From positions 16,368,001 to 16,432,000 of the forward strand of contig OZ024743.1 of the NCBI GenBank assembly GCA_964016885.1: a stretch of DNA of 64,000 nucleotides, read 5' to 3'. Source of the stretch: Eledone cirrhosa. Taxonomy: Eukaryota. Below are positions 1 through 14,969 of this stretch, one piece after another (position 1 is the first letter of the stretch; each line of letters opens with the position of its first letter). Position numbers and translations under genes: made by a program. The notes beneath the pieces were generated by a model, which saw only the letters and a list, made by a program, of their open reading frames with translations, did not search any database and had not been told where the DNA came from.

Positions 1-22
1 GTTATTCTCCACCTTTTCAATG

Positions 23-59
<37 letters not shown>

Positions 60-60
<1 letters not shown>

Positions 61-486
61 CCAACGAGTGTGTGGGATCAGGGCATGTGTGTATGTGTGT
101 GTGATTTTATGCAGGTGACCATTTCTGTAGAGCCATTAAAATGAACCTTAAAAATAAGGAGTGGGCCCACCCACTGTGAACCTGTCTATACACACTTAGT
201 TGGAATTTTTTCTGCCTTTCTTTTCTAAATATAGTTTTTAAAGAATTCATTTTCTTTAAATCTATCAACCAATGAACTCAATCCATCCCAATCACCTCCC
301 TCTCCTACCAGCAGAAAAGGTATAAATACCACCACATTACTTGGACAGTCGGCTTCCTGATGATTTCTCCCGAATGAAAGAGTTCTAGTCCTGTAGAAAC
401 CATTTCTATATTAAATATTTATAATCTGCTATACACTGAATACCATACTTACTATGGTTACCCCCGATTGAACCCGTGATAAACTT
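60..486 (+). mobile_element. PLE 3' end / pseudo-LTR fragment with hammerhead core
   Basis: Follows (TA)n. CCAAT/TATAAATA motifs at 269-328, then CTGATGA (357-363)-ttc tccc gaa-t-GAAA-gagttc-TA. Stem I is poorly paired. Confidence 0.5.
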
Positions 487-963
487 ATCTATCCATCTAT
501 CTATTTATATATAGAGATATTTATTTTCATTTATATTTATATATATGCATATTAATCTAGGTATCACAACATATATAATATGTATGATCCTTCTGTTTCG
601 CGGTAGAAGATCTCAATGGACATTTGACCAAATTATCAATAATTCAAATTAAAAGATATATTGATATACACACACATACCTATATAGAAACATACACGTA
701 CACACACAGAGACATAAATTATGATGGGTGGTTCTGTTGAATTTGGAATTCGTGACAAATAAAAAAGAATACTGTTTATAGTAAGATTCTTTGACCATTT
801 TTTGTAGCTACAGTGAGAGGGTGGCCACATTAGTAGTAATGATAATAATGGCCGGAGCGGTAACTGTCCTAGAATAACAATATTGAGAACTATGAAGCTC
901 GGAGTATTATTAAAAATAAATACAGTAAGTTACTTAATATAAATAACGACAATAACCATAAAT

Positions 964-1138
964 ATTGTTTCTACTTTTGGCACAAGGCCAGCAATTATCA
1001 GTGAATTACTGGTACTTTATTTTATCGACCCCGTAAGGATGAAAGGCAAAGTTAACCTCGGCGGGATTTGAAGGGACGTAACTCTATGCGTCAAAGCATG
1101 GCGTCCGACCCTCTATCGATACTGCCAATCTACCGCCC
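964..1138 (-). mobile_element. tRNA-derived octopod SINE (deletion near B box)
   Basis: Reverse complement reads ggcggtagattggcagtatcg...ttcaaatcccgccgaggttaactttgcctttcatccttacggggtcgataaaataaagtacc...tagaaacaat. About 10 similar copies occur in the window. Confidence 0.9.
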
Positions 1139-1642
1139 TTAAACATAATAATAACATCCATAACCATAATAACCATAATAATAATCTCCATAATAAAGTA
1201 TCGATAACATTAATTTATGTTACAATAAATTATGAATGTTGTTTAATATTATACTTATTTTATAAAAAATAACAATGTTGAGAAGAGGATAGTGATAAAG
1301 TTTATTAAAAAATAGTGTGTAGGACACTCAGGACCTCTTTACGGAACCTCTAGCATACAAACATACTAAACAAAATGCACAAGTGAATACTTCTACACAT
1401 ACATAGACACACACGTGCGCACATGCTTACATATAAACATAGGCATACAAGAACGCACATATGGCAGATATACACGCACACATACATACACACACACGCA
1501 CACATGCACACATATATAGATATATACACCTAATCAAATATACGTACACCCGGCATAATTTACATACACATATATAGGCTACATATACTTACAAAAATAC
1601 AGAAACATATTCTATTGAAACACAGATATATACACACACCTG

Positions 1643-1676
<34 letters not shown>

Positions 1677-2649
1677 ATATATGTGTTTGTGTGTGTGTGC
1701 GTGTGTTCATTAGAATAACAGAAATAAAGAAGAAAGCTTCAGAGCATTTAATCCCAAATTTTGTGAATGAAATTGAATATATTGTAATTCTATAAACGTC
1801 GTTCAACTGTACCTATTTATGTTAGATAAATCTGTTCAGGCACCTAATTCAACAACACTACAAAGCGCTTGAGCCCCAGTATTGCAGTACAATCTGTTTC
1901 ACATATTTGAACGTCGTATCCTGTTTATAGATACAACATGTGCCGGTATTTCTATCCTTCACCAGACCAAGAAGTATGTTCTCAAACCTATTGTATGAAG
2001 CTCTTTTCCTAACAACATATTTTATTCTGAAGTTATCTTCAACGATGTTTCCAATCTCATTTTCATTCACTAAAAATACATGTCCAATCCCCTATCAATC
2101 TACATCAAACAACAGTCGATAAAATTGTATGTTATTCCACACACAATCATTTTATATTATTACTAACAGAGAATGCTAAGTACCAAATCACATTATACAA
2201 CATTCTATTTGCAGAAGAGAATGCCATTTTTAATGAAATCACAAATCGGACTGTTCGAAAATACAGAAATTCAAAGACCACCTAGAGATTGAAGTGATAC
2301 AAAACATAGATTTATAAACTAACACTGCACTAGAACAGTACACCCCTACCAACCATATATAATTGACAAACACAAAATACACATTTTCACCAAAATAAGT
2401 ATAACATTAATGTCGTCTCTAGATTGAAAACACATGCTGGTTTACCAAGTAATAATGAATAAAAAAAAATAGCAACCACACCAATCCTTTCCACGTCAGA
2501 CACCACTATTTTGATCTCATTTTTGGTTTCACGCGGTTCGCGCATTTCATTTTCAATGTTTACTTTCTATATTGAGATATAGAAAAAGCTAAAGAGAAAC
2601 ATATTTGGTAGCTGTTTAACGTAATGTGAAGTTAATGAAAGCGTTACGG

Positions 2650-4500
2650 AGGAATACATAGGGGATGATTCCACAAAAATGTGCAAAAATATGAAGAAAC
2701 ATTCTTAGTTATTTTGACAGTGCGAATAATGTGGAACGTCTATAAACTTGGTCAACTAGTGGCAACCGACTTCAGCGATTATTGGACTAATAATAACGGT
2801 GGTTATGGCATTGTGATCAAATTTGAGATTGATAAGAAAATGGCATTTCAGACTTCGATTTCGTATCAAATGAAATAAGATTAGCGCTTCATAAGTTTGT
2901 TCTTTAAATATGATACGTTTGTGAATTATATATGGAAGAGTTTACCAGAACATGAGACAGAAATAAATTAGTTTCACCCAAACAAGTTGAGAAGTTGACT
3001 ACAAGAAATATGTGTAAAGAACAGGAATTGAACTCTGAAATCTCCAAAAGAGCATAAAGAATTGATCAGTATTATTCCAGCATTGGTAGATCATGGCATA
3101 CGTAATACAAATGACTGAAACCTGTAAAATAATCGAACAATGTCTTCCCCATCAATGTCATGCAAAACAACTTTTGCCTTCACGCCACAATCTTTAAATA
3201 TAGCATTGGAATACGAGCCTATGTTCCACCCTGTACCTGTTCGCTCGATTTGGTAAACATTGTAGCCAAATTCCCCTGGTGTCATTCAATACCGTGTTTA
3301 AAAGCTCAATATAAAACTCAATATACTAGCTTTCATTGATCAATCTTTGAATTGTAGAAACACTGAAGAGAATAGTTGTCAGTGTAGACTAAATTGGAAT
3401 ATTTCAGCTATGAAGAATACTTTATTTATAATAGCGAAATCAGGGAGCTAGTTTTGCAGTCTAATCAATGTAAGCTCTGACCGAAGTGACCTTTGGACAA
3501 ATGAAATTGAACTGTAACAATGCTATCCTTGTTTAGGCTAAGTGTATGTGGACTATTATTCAATAATTATTTTCTTGTTTGACACATTATGATTCATATT
3601 AAAACATGTTCTTTACTATTTCTAGGAAAAACTTATGCGACCTACCTGCTGGTGTTGTGGTTTAACCATAGGGACATTTTAATTCAGTGGAACGTTGAAC
3701 AAATATTTATGAACCGTATCCATCCTTTATTCGTTTCAGTCATAGTTCATCTGAGGCCGCATTATCGCATGTATCCTTCCTTTATCGAAATCAGATGTGA
3801 TTTGGAAGAGCGGTATTTGGCTATTATTTCTAGCATGTCGTGTGTTAGAGATGGTATTCATATTTGATTGGGTTCCGCGAAGAAGTGCTTCATCATATAT
3901 TGCACAACCACAGAATAATATAACATACCAATTTAATACTAACAATGATATTTCAGAAAGGCTGCAACTTCGAATTTTCTTCTGTCACATTCCTAGCAAT
4001 AATATCTGTGAATCCTCTCCCAGGCATTTCTTCTAATGAAGGTAGGCCTCGCAGGAGGTAAATCAGAATTTCATGTTCCTTACACTGATTGAATATAAAA
4101 ATGACGTTGAATATGACAGGTGTCAACTATTTCAGCTGATCAATACCTGATCAATATACCCCATTAATAAGATAAAATCTGCTGCCAACGGTATTTCAAG
4201 CTTCATATTATACCATTTGTAATTCTGGATTGTTAATTATATTATTGAAATAATTATAAATGTTTGACACAAAACAGCATTAAGAAAACATTTCAACCCA
4301 ATTAGGTGAGTTGTCATATTTTGTAAATAGATGTGACAATGGATTAATAAGTGTCAAAGTGTATTCAGAAATTCAAATGCATAATCTAACAGAGTAGTCA
4401 GATAATTCCAAAAGTGCGAAATAACAATTTAATACTAACAATATTTCAAAAAGATTCTGCAAAACCTCCTTAATTATTCGGAAGTGTTAGAGAGCCTGCT
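2650..4500 (-). pseudogene. Degenerate leucine-rich-repeat (FBXL/ZER1/PRAME-like) coding sequence, C-terminal part
   Basis: Manual translation across stops and frameshifts gives LRR-like units in series: ILIYLLRGLPSLEEM, LFCGCAIYDEALLR, SLTHDMLEIIAKY, ALLQFNFICPKVTSV, IELLNTVLNDTRGIWLQCLPN, LINLKFDHNAIT, LKSVATS*PSL*TFHI. Confidence 0.5.
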
Positions 4501-4639
4501 TCGTCTATTTATATATGTGAATATATATATATGTGTGTGTGCATGTGTGTGTGTGTGTGTGCCTGTGTATGTGTGTGTGTGAGGTGTGAGTGTGTGTATG
4601 TATGTATATATATATATATATATACACAAAATATATACA

Positions 4640-5260
4640 AAAGGAACTTTACAAATCTATGCTTATTGCTTACACATGCCACAACTATGAACATTAATAT
4701 ACTCTTAACATGACCTACAGCATGACCATGTTTATATTCAACCCAGCATAAACATCTTTGAAACGAACTAATTCGTCATATAATGTTTACATAACATATA
4801 TATGTATGCTATCATTATGCGTCTGTTTTACCTTAATGCATGCTATTATTAACATTCTTTGTGTAAAATGCTTGATATATTGACTTTTATTTTGCTACCT
4901 TTTCATTGTGATATCATTTTGTTCGTCCTGCTTTTCAACATAACGTCACTGACACTGTTAATAATAATGTATCTTAATGAATGTTCTAAATACTATGAAT
5001 GTAATTACTTGTTTAAACATTTTATATGCTCCGATGATTCCAGATAGTTGTCTGGAAGAAACGATCGTCATCATTCAAATGCATTAAACAAACATTTGTT
5101 TGTTTTATATTTTGTGTATTTTGTATTCCTGCTCTGTAATATTTCTGCTATTTTAAATTGAGCTCATTTTCTTACTGGTAATTGAGTAATACAATATATT
5201 ACCCTTATTTATAATTGTATGTAGATTATATATTTAAGTATAAATATTATTATTATAATA
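4640..5260 (+). mobile_element. PLE 3' UTR / pseudo-LTR fragment
   Basis: Lies between microsatellites and carries a minimal hammerhead at 5026-5074. Confidence 0.55.
5026..5074 (+). ncRNA. Minimal type-I hammerhead ribozyme (CCGAUGA variant)
   Basis: atgct-CCGATGA-ttccaga(tagttg)tctggaa-GAAA-cgatcg (palindromic stem III)-TC-atcat. Confidence 0.75.
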
Positions 5261-5279
5261 GATCTATCTATCTATCTAT

Positions 5280-5324
<45 letters not shown>

Positions 5325-5326
5325 TA

Positions 5327-5467
5327 CATTACTGGTACTTTATTTTATCGACCGTAAGGTTGAAAGGCAAAGTTAACCTCGGCGGGATTTGAACTCAGAC
5401 TGTAAAGGGACGTAACTATGCTAGAAAGCATGGCGTCGAACCCTCTACCCATACTGCCAATTCACCG
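5327..5467 (-). mobile_element. Octopod SINE, 3'-truncated
   Basis: Same family as 964-1138; B box GAGTTCAAATCC on the minus strand. Confidence 0.9.
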
Positions 5468-6699
5468 AATGATATATTAATATCGTTCTTTTTCATCAAA
5501 TAAAACATCCAAGAATATGAATTGAATATTGATTGGTGTAGAGTTAAATATTTATTTTAAAAAGTTAAATATTTATTATAAGGTCGGGGACTTGCTAAAC
5601 CTGGATCAAAAAGCTATATTGGAAAAGTGGGAATTAGTTGTATCAACACACCTGTAATTGTGTGAATAATTCATAAAAAGTAGATTTGACTAGTCAAGTA
5701 ATGTACGAAATATCCAATAAAGAATGCAAAAATATGGTTTTAATCTATATATGGTCATATTGAAATGTCGATAGGCTTAATAGCAAGTCAAATTATCAAA
5801 TATGGTATCATTAATTTCGTGTAAGTGATGTTAAATATTGGTATGCTAAACGAATCTCTCTGAGCGTTAAGGGGAAAACGCAAGTAACGTAGATGGCGTT
5901 TGAATTTAGAAGAAAATAGTAAAGTGGCTGAATTTGTTGCAATGGTCAAAAAAAGAAAACAACATTTAATAAGAAAAGGATATGAAAACGTACTGTGTAA
6001 TAACACTAACAAAGTTGTGACTGCGATGTCAAATATTTGAAGATGTTTGGGGAATATTTTAATATTCCATATTATAAAATTCTTTAATGTAAATTAATGT
6101 GCATTACCGATTAAACAGTTAAGTGTAGTACAAAATGTAATATTACCATTAAATGAGATATAAGTTCAATTTCAAATTGAATTTATATAATGGGGCAAAT
6201 TTAAAAGAAAAAGATCTTAAGAAAATAAATATTATTTAATAAATATGTAACATATTCCCACTGAAACTAGCGACAATTTGAAATAAAATTAAGAAAATAT
6301 AAACAGCACTAAAGGTCTAGATATACTAGAAATTTAAAGAACTATATAAATAAATGAATTAAATATATAACAATAACATGTTTACTAACGCCATGAGAAT
6401 GTTAGGAAAGTAAAGCTTTATTTGTATGGAAAGCATTTTTTTAGGTTTTCAAATGCAACACGTCAACATTTTCTCGCCTTTTCTAGCAGATAAATTTTAC
6501 GTTTTATAATTATGAAATGTATTAATTGCACACACATTTAAATAATTTACATTTGAAAGTGTTGAAGACTTTCAAATGTAAATTATTTAAATACTGGAAT
6601 TGATATAGCATAATCAGTGGGAAATATTTATCAAATAATAATTTATGGTACAAATCAAGACCATTTACATTTTCCTATATATTCACCGTTATTAATTGA

Positions 6700-6700
<1 letters not shown>

Positions 6701-6730
<30 letters not shown>

Positions 6731-8285
6731 CTTCTTCTTCTTCTTCTTCTTCTTCTTCTTCTTCTTCTTCTTCTTCTTCTTCTTCTTCTTCTTCTTCTTC
6801 TTCTTTGTTCAGTTATTCCCGAGGGCCATAGGGGCAAACTCGTCAATCACTCCTTCCAACAACTCTTGTTAAAAGCAAGGGATTCAAATTGATCCGGCGG
6901 GATCGCCAAGTGAGAACAGTGCATCTCATGGATATTATCCAAATATCTTTATCGGGTTCTGCCACTGGGATTTACCCGTGAAATCTGTCCAGCGATTGTT
7001 TCCTGAGACATTCTAACCAAATACCCATAGAATCGGCGGTGTTATTGGCGACTGTACATGAAGTGGCTCTGTGATCTCCAAGCTACCCATTCTATCGAGT
7101 AACGTTATTCAGAAACCCTTCGGATTAAACTCATTTCAGCCACTTGTATTCGCGGTCGTATTATTTCGTTCATTACTCAGGATTCATGACCCAATGTAAG
7201 GATATGCATAAATACCGAATTGAAAATAGCAAACTTGGCTTTTACACCTACTTCCTCACTCTCGATGACCGAATGTTCAAGCTGGCGCATTACTGCACCA
7301 GCTCTTGCAATTCCTACAATTAATTCACCCTCATGCCTTCCATCACATTTGAACATAGCTCCGAGATACGCCACCTTCTACAGTGGAACTCAGTTCAGTT
7401 GTAGAGTGTACAGCGCAGCCTTTCTTGAGAGGACAAGTGACTCAGTTTTCGCAGCACTGTGTTTCATTCCATCCATGCACCATTCGGTATAAAACCTATC
7501 AAGTGCATGTCGGAGGTCACCTTCTGTCACGATATGTAACAACATGTAGTCTGCACATTCCAGCTGACTGAACATGCATATGCCAGTCCTGATACTACTT
7601 CCAACCGGCTGCGCATGTCAATCCTTTTCATGTACAGGAGAGCTGTAAGCGTGCACTCTATGCGGTGTCCGATTCCCACTTTGAATTGTTTCGATTTAGC
7701 ACTATGTAACCAAATACAAATACTCGGGCATTCGTATAGAGACATTAGGGCTACAAGACATGGACAACCGATCCGATACTCCCGCATATGCCGTTTCGAG
7801 GTCTACAAATCGAGAATAAACATCTTAGAACACTCTCCCTTTCTTGAAGACATGCTGCAGTGTGAATATTTATTCGGATGTACTGTGTCCGGGGTGAAAA
7901 CCACACTGTTTGTCCATCAGCTAGCTTGGACTCAACAATATCGCTACATATCTTCGCCAGACACATATCATGCACTTTACCGGTGAGGGTTAACAAAGAG
8001 ATCCCTCTCAAATTAGGACAATCATTCTTGCCTTCTTTTTTAAACTTTGGGATTATCACTTCCTATTTCCATTGCTTAGGTGCCTTTCAAAATATTCGAG
8101 TCATCCGGCACACATGATTCAGCCAGATAAATTGTTTTCTATTTAAAGCTTTTAACATCTCGAGCCGGATATAATCTTCCCCAGTGGCCTTGCCATATTG
8201 GAGCAGTAAAATGATCAGCATTTAACAACTTAAGCAAAGACTGCTGAGCTGAACATTCCCCACTTGCCCCAAAGTCCTCAGTTTG
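6701..8285 (-). mobile_element. Degenerate RTE-clade LINE (RT and 3' end) with (GAA)n tail
   Basis: Fragments IIPKFKKEGKNDCPNLRGISLL and YLGAMFKCDG...KAKFAIFNSVFMHILTLGHES. (CTT)n at 6701-6805 is the 3' tail. Confidence 0.85.
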
Positions 8286-8621
8286 TTTGTGCAAGAAGGC
8301 ACGCTTCTCAGGTCATTTATCGGTGAGGACATTTGTACATACCTGTGTGTGTTTATATGACTATATGTATGTATTTGTGCGTATTTGTGTTCGGGCTTAT
8401 ATGTACACATATATATATATACATGTACACCTATGTTCACCACTTCCGAATACATGTTATAACGCGTTTTACTGAACCCAAAAGAAGAGATTTTATCTCA
8501 AAATATAATGTTAATAAGGTAACGCATCTTGCATCGTATAATTTTCTTGTTCATCCATTTCACCTTGTTGTGGATTTCAAACTTCAAATATATATATATT
8601 TATATATATATATATGTGTGT

Positions 8622-8728
<107 letters not shown>

Positions 8729-9405
8729 GTGTGTGTGTGTGTGTGTATGTGTGTATATATGTGTGTGTGTGTGTGTGTTTATAATAATAAAATAGGGAAC
8801 ATAAATCAGTATTGCATCATATACATTTTTAATTACATGTACATGTTTCACTACTGATCAGCTGAAGGAACTATCAAAATTATGTTCGTTCCTGATACTG
8901 ATATCGGATGTTCCTCAGATATGTGTTCGCACATGGAGACTCACGTCTATATACATATATAAATTCTTATTATATATCGGATTACTTGGCGTTTGGACAT
9001 GTTTTGAAAGTGTAGGAATCCAAAATCCAGAAAACAATTTTAATAACAGGTTAGAAAATCATATAATCAGTTAGATGTAGTGCAAAATAGTCCTAGAAAT
9101 GGACAAACGTGTTCAGAAGCTGATAGGGATAATTGAACTCTGTATATCTTGATTTCCGATCGAATGCTTTAATAAAAAAGCTAAGCGTCTAAATCTGACG
9201 AAAACTGTGGTCAGTAGCCCTACACTCAAAGCCTTACGACTTCAGAAAAGTAGAGATTGGAGCAAGGTAAATTAATAAATGAAAGAGCGTGTCCGAAAGT
9301 AATTGAGACGGTGCGTCAGGGAATTGTTAGCACAATTTTATATGTGAACGCACTAACCACTGAATCAAATTTATCTATCCTGTATAAATATTATGCCTGT
9401 ATATG

Positions 9406-9436
<31 letters not shown>

Positions 9437-10023
9437 CTTTAATACATATATACATTCACACACATACATATATACTGAACTGTTACCTCCCAAAATAGGA
9501 CAAATTCTATGTGTAATGCTTTGTCGTATGTTCATCTACCATTCTCGAGTTTTGATTGTGCATTTTGACAATGTGATCTCTCAATTTCTATTAGATAGCT
9601 CTATGTGATATAGGGATCGATGAGAATGACGTGTATGTACACTCGAAATTGTTGATGCATGTATTCGATTATTGGGTTTTTAATTGATAGAATCATTAAT
9701 TTTGCATTTTTTTTAATGTTTTAATAACACACTTAGCTCAACTTCATTTTTCATTTCCCCATGGTATTTATTATAACGGACTAGCCCAAAGATTGTTGTT
9801 GACCAATACTCTTTGTAGTATTATCTACGGTTATTTAAATTTCCAGTACCCAAGCTGTTGTATTTCTTCTTTTATCTAGCAGACAAAATTATATTTTGTA
9901 TATAATAAAAGAAGGTAGACGCTCTTAGGAATTGTCAATACAGTCACCGTGAGGTTTACCCGAAGGTATGGTACAATAATGTAAAGGGTAAAGTTTTTGA
10001 GATGATGGCAACCGAAACTCTCC

Positions 10024-10031
10024 CGGAAGTC
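10024..10031 (+). promoter_or_regulatory. ETS-like CCGGAAGT motif upstream of the putative LRR gene start
   Basis: Exact motif about 100 bp before the ATG at 10130; could be chance. Confidence 0.2.
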
Positions 10032-10129
10032 ACTTGTAATCATGTAGGAATTGGTGAAAGTAAATCGTTTGTTATTTATTATTTCAGTCTATATTATTAT
10101 AATTAAACAATTACACTACTCCACCAAAG

Positions 10130-10700
10130 ATGTTTCTCCGAAGGGTTGGTAGTCAAAACACTGCTACAATTATGTTCATCCATACTGCAGAATACAGTTG
10201 GAAGTGCTAGTGTAATATATTTTGCTGAAGCACGTTTTCCATTTCATCCTTGTTCCGACATGTTTTGTGCTTCGTCTTTGATGCCTTCCACAATAATGTT
10301 CGCCATTGAAAACATACATAGAAATCCTTGTGTAATCCATACGAAACATATGCTTGAACCAGTACTATTGCAACTCCTGCGCAATCACGGAAAAAATAAG
10401 AATCTTTACGTGCAGCTGAACCACCTGTTTGGAGATAAATTATAGCCAGGAAACACTCATTATGGCAGATCGTAAACGTTCAATATGCCAGTGTAAGAAT
10501 ATGTAACTGTTGGCAGTTAACAACAGACGGAATAGAATTTCCAGAATTTGAAAAAAGAGTGTTGGTCTTCGCACCAGGAGTGGTGAAGGCGTATAATATC
10601 GTATGTCTCCGTACAAGAAACATCCTGACAAAAGCTGTAAAGAGGTAGAAATAGCAGACCCATATTTTACATATCACTTCCTTAAATCATGCAGGGATAC
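10130..10700 (+). pseudogene. Putative N-terminal part of an LRR E3-adaptor-like gene (BC-box/cullin-box or F-box-like)
   Basis: VKTLLQLCSSIL fits the BC box (T/S/P)LxxxCxxxL. Followed by MLEPVLLQLLR and ESLRAAEPPVWR*IIARKHSLWQIV; stops and frameshifts present. Confidence 0.4.
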
Positions 10701-11700
10701 ATTGAACTCTCAATCAATACAGTTCTATATAAACTATGCTTGTGAACAGATAAGATATTCATGCCTTGAAAATATTTGATTATAGTTTAGCTCACTCAGA
10801 TTTCACTTTAGGCTAAATTTTTTTTTCACTTTTATTAGGATTTCTTTGATTTATTCTTGTGTTTATTTATTTGGCTGACTATGAAAAGAGTAATACGGAT
10901 CCTGGATCGAAAAGAATGCTTTAGAATTATTTTTGTTAGACATATGGAATTTTACTGAATCATTTACGCCTTTCTTTTAAACATCGTTAGTGAATACGGT
11001 ATGAAATGAAGTAGACCTATACGCTGAAATACCATGATGTGATATGATATAAGATAATATATAGAGATATAAAAATTGTAATATACAATAAGGAAGAAAG
11101 AGTAAAATTAAATAATTAATATTAGATAAAATGTTCAATATCTATATAACATCGCTCCCAAATATATCAATATATCATGCCATTATATCTATGAAGTATT
11201 TGATAGCAGAATCAAATACCAAATATAGACAGGTGAAATGAAGAATAACATCTCATATAACATAGAATGCAGGAAGTGGGGAATATTAAGTTCAATTTAT
11301 ACAGGTGAATGAAAGTTACATTCACTGTTGTATATATTGCCAAGTAATTTTGCAAATTAATTTGTCGGATTTTTCGTTTCCTTTAGTAATATTACAAATC
11401 ATAAGTCACCTCAATAATTAAAAACTGCTTGCAGTGGATTGTTTCTAGTAATCAGAGACACTTGTGTTTATGTCTTAGAATACAGAAATTGATTCTTGAT
11501 GCGAAATATCAAATGATTGAATTACAGATGCTGACAATGTTATCATATTCGCAAACACAAACGCGACTGGTAGATACAGAAATACATGCACACTTATATA
11601 TATATGGTTAAATTTTTCTCATAATATATCTACATATCTAGACAATTATGTATTATGAGTAGCGTATCTATCCACTGTGTTGTTTCTAGTCTATGACGTT

Positions 11701-11860
<160 letters not shown>

Positions 11861-12059
11861 TTAAGGATACTATTTATGGTTATGTATATAATAAAACCTT
11901 ATATAGTTATATATATTTTAAACCCTAAATAATGAAAGACAGTAATTCATTACTATCTTATTACCAGTAAGATAAATAGCTCAATATAATAACATCAGTT
12001 GTTTTACAGAGCAGTTATATAGAAATTACATGAATCAAAGTTCAGTTTAAATCATTTAT

Positions 12060-12108
12060 TTGCTTACAATTGTTTCCTCCAAACCGAGTTTTCGATTCTT
12101 CGGGGCAA
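12060..12108 (-). ncRNA. Degenerate minimal hammerhead in a pseudo-LTR fragment
   Basis: ttgcc-CCGAAGA-...-GAAA-caattg (palindrome)-TA-agcaa. Confidence 0.6.
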
Positions 12109-12769
12109 CTATTTAGTGATTTTTACATACTTGACCTCCTTTTCAACACAAGAGACATATAAAAACATATGTATATATTGACCCACAGTGGGTTGACATC
12201 CATCATAATAATATAATAATATGGCAATTTACATACATTCATATTAAAGAACAAAATTAAAGTTAATATTAAAATTAAAATAAATAAAAATAAAAATAAA
12301 ACATTGGCAGTTTATGAAGATAAAGCAAGAGGAAAGTTTAGAGTAGTCAGTGTACGAAACAGTCTCACGTGTGGCATGCACGCGTGTCTTATTTATACAG
12401 TATTATAGTGTGGCAGATTGATACATGTAAAACAAGCAGTTAAAGCAGGCAATCAATAGCATCATGGGGTCTGTATTGTTAAAGCATTATTCACACACAC
12501 CTTTACGATATATACATGTAAGCCCGTTTGTAGAGAAATAGCAAAAATATGACAAATGTAACAAATGAGAAGCAAAACAGCACCACTGTCCTCGCACCCA
12601 CCACCACTCACACAATCCACATTATTTCGCACAACATTATTTCGCACATGTCCATGGAAAATTTAGTAATAGGAATAACAACCACACACACACTAATAGG
12701 CATGATACCAACAAAAGTAACCCACACCACAGAAATTACTACAGTACCATAAAAGGAAACAACTCACCA

Positions 12770-13640
12770 GACATGAAAAACAAAAAATAGAAGAAGAAAT
12801 AATACATTTTTGAACCCCCCTTTCAATTTAAACGTCTCTACCAACCTACCTAGGGCTTTCTTCTCACAACTAGATAAAAACCTCCCTTCCTGCCACAAGT
12901 ACCATAGCCTTTAAAACAAAAACACTATTAACATCTCCTATTCTACTACGCCTAACATAGCATACCACATAACTAGTAGCAATAAAAGAAAAAAATAATT
13001 CTTACTTCCAACAAACTCAATCACAACAGTCGATAAACCTTCAAAATAACATTATAGCAACTAACCCTAATATCAATAGAAATAATAGTAATAGCACTAG
13101 TGTAAACAATAACGCTGAGAACGACAACCCTCATAACCATAACCCTATAGCTACCATCCAGACTTCTACACAACATAATAACCGGCAGACAAACACCCAG
13201 AATAATTGTAACTGTAGATCAAATAGAACCTGCCTCTTAAATAAAAATTGCTTAATCAAGGATATCATATACTCATGCAGTCACAACTATCAACTCTTCT
13301 GAAACCTATATAGGATCTACTTCTAACTGCTTCAAAACTAGATACAATTCGCACCTCCACTCTTTCAAAAAACACATCCTAGCCAACTCCACTTCACTAT
13401 CTGGCTACATACACTATCTAAAAACTAAAAATAAACCATATACACTTAAATGGGAAGTGATAGGTAATGCGACATCGTACAAACCTCCTAATAAATTTTG
13501 TAACCTCTGTCTACTAGAGACCCATACTATCATCTTCTCTAACCATAACCTCCTTAATAAAAAAAAACAGAAGAGTTCGCGTCTTGCCAATACCGCTTCC
13601 GACACTCTTTCCAAAAGTTTAAACCCAATACATAGCAATG
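12770..13640 (+). mobile_element. PLE (Naiad-like) linker and GIY-YIG endonuclease remnant
   Basis: RRRNNTFLNPPFN...ISYSTTPNI; CNCRSNRTCLLNKNC (CxCx5Cx5C); TYIGSTSNCFKTRYNSH; FCNLCLLE. Confidence 0.85.
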
Positions 13641-14116
13641 TCAGACTTGAACCCGTCACCACATCTAGCAACTAGCATCAGGGGCATACCTTACACCTCA
13701 TTTCAACACCCATTAATCCAATTTAGCGCAAATAGTGACACCCTCATAGTACCTTTTACCCTGGAGATATCCCCATCTACTTCTACTTTTGGTATATTGG
13801 CCTTGAATTATTTGGACTACATTGCACTAATATATAATTAGTGTAAACTGTAGGCACTGAATTGGTTGTGCTAACATTGTCCTGTGCATGGAGTGCCACC
13901 ATAGGATAGATAGATGATTAAGTAATTAATTCATTAATAGGGCTATATGTCCTATATGCTGAATACAATGATTTATGTACAGACGATATATGAGTTTTGA
14001 GTATAGGTGTGGCTTGATGGCCAGATTAGTGTCTTTGTATGAGAGAATTGATCTCTGGACGACACTGGTAATATTTAACTTTGCCATGCATTCAGACATA
14101 CAATGACCCGGAGTTT

Positions 14117-14830
14117 ACCAGCTGTTGTCAAAAGCAATAATAATTTTATTCAAAATTAGTAGTAAATTAGTAGTAAGTTTAGTTCCATGACCTTATTTGG
14201 AGGTAGCTGAAGAACAAACAAATCAGATTGTTCTTTTCCATATGATGTTAAAAAAAAAAATGATTCACTTTAGTTGATTTCATAACCCTTTGAAAGGAAT
14301 GGTTGAATGGTGTTAATAATAGAATTGTTATAAAAAATCTATTAGGAAGAAGGGGATTGTCAAATTGATAGTTGAATGTATATTGGTATAGTGAAGTTTA
14401 AAAGGAATGTAAAAATTAAAGGTAGAGTTGTGTTGTATGGAGTTTTTAGGTGAATATAAATTAAGGTCCTGACTAGGAAAGATAGTATATTAAAATATGA
14501 ACATTATAATAATATAATGAAATACAGTAATACAATAATATAATATAATGTAACACAATATAGTACGGTGTGGTAAATCGTACTTAGTATAATATAGCGT
14601 ATGATACGCCTTAAAAAACTTTCAAGTATGTCTATGCATAAATAATCAAACTCAGATAAATGCATGTTGACATAGTCAAAACGCATCAATTTCATAGATC
14701 ACAAAGTGCATATACACACATTATAGATAGAGTTATAGTTATATTGATATTCAATTAGAATTATATATACGCATAAATAGATGCAAAGATATACATACAT
14801 CTACATATGTGCACACTATCATATACACAT
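14117..14830 (-). repeat. Distal inverted arm of the 14.1-20.2 kb PLE fold-back
   Basis: Reverse complement of about 19520-20221 (accagctgttgtcaaaagc / gcttttgacaacagctggt). Confidence 0.95.
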
Positions 14831-14832
14831 CC

Positions 14833-14871
<39 letters not shown>

Positions 14872-14901
14872 CATATATACAGCTATACACACACACACAC
14901 A

Positions 14902-14967
<66 letters not shown>

Positions 14968-14969
14968 AT

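Noticed and set aside
1858-2122. Short ORFs on both strands
   Set aside because: No recognisable domain or splice support.
3091-3945. Possible hAT or piggyBac transposase fragments
   Set aside because: Motif spacing does not fit and no TIRs are visible; neighbouring frames read better as LRRs.
5500-6450. Possible very old L1-like remnant (also 32030-32400 and 48850-49120)
   Set aside because: No diagnostic motif could be recovered by eye.
6617-6892. Poly-Leu / poly-Arg ORFs
   Set aside because: They come from the (GAA)n tail of the RTE LINE.
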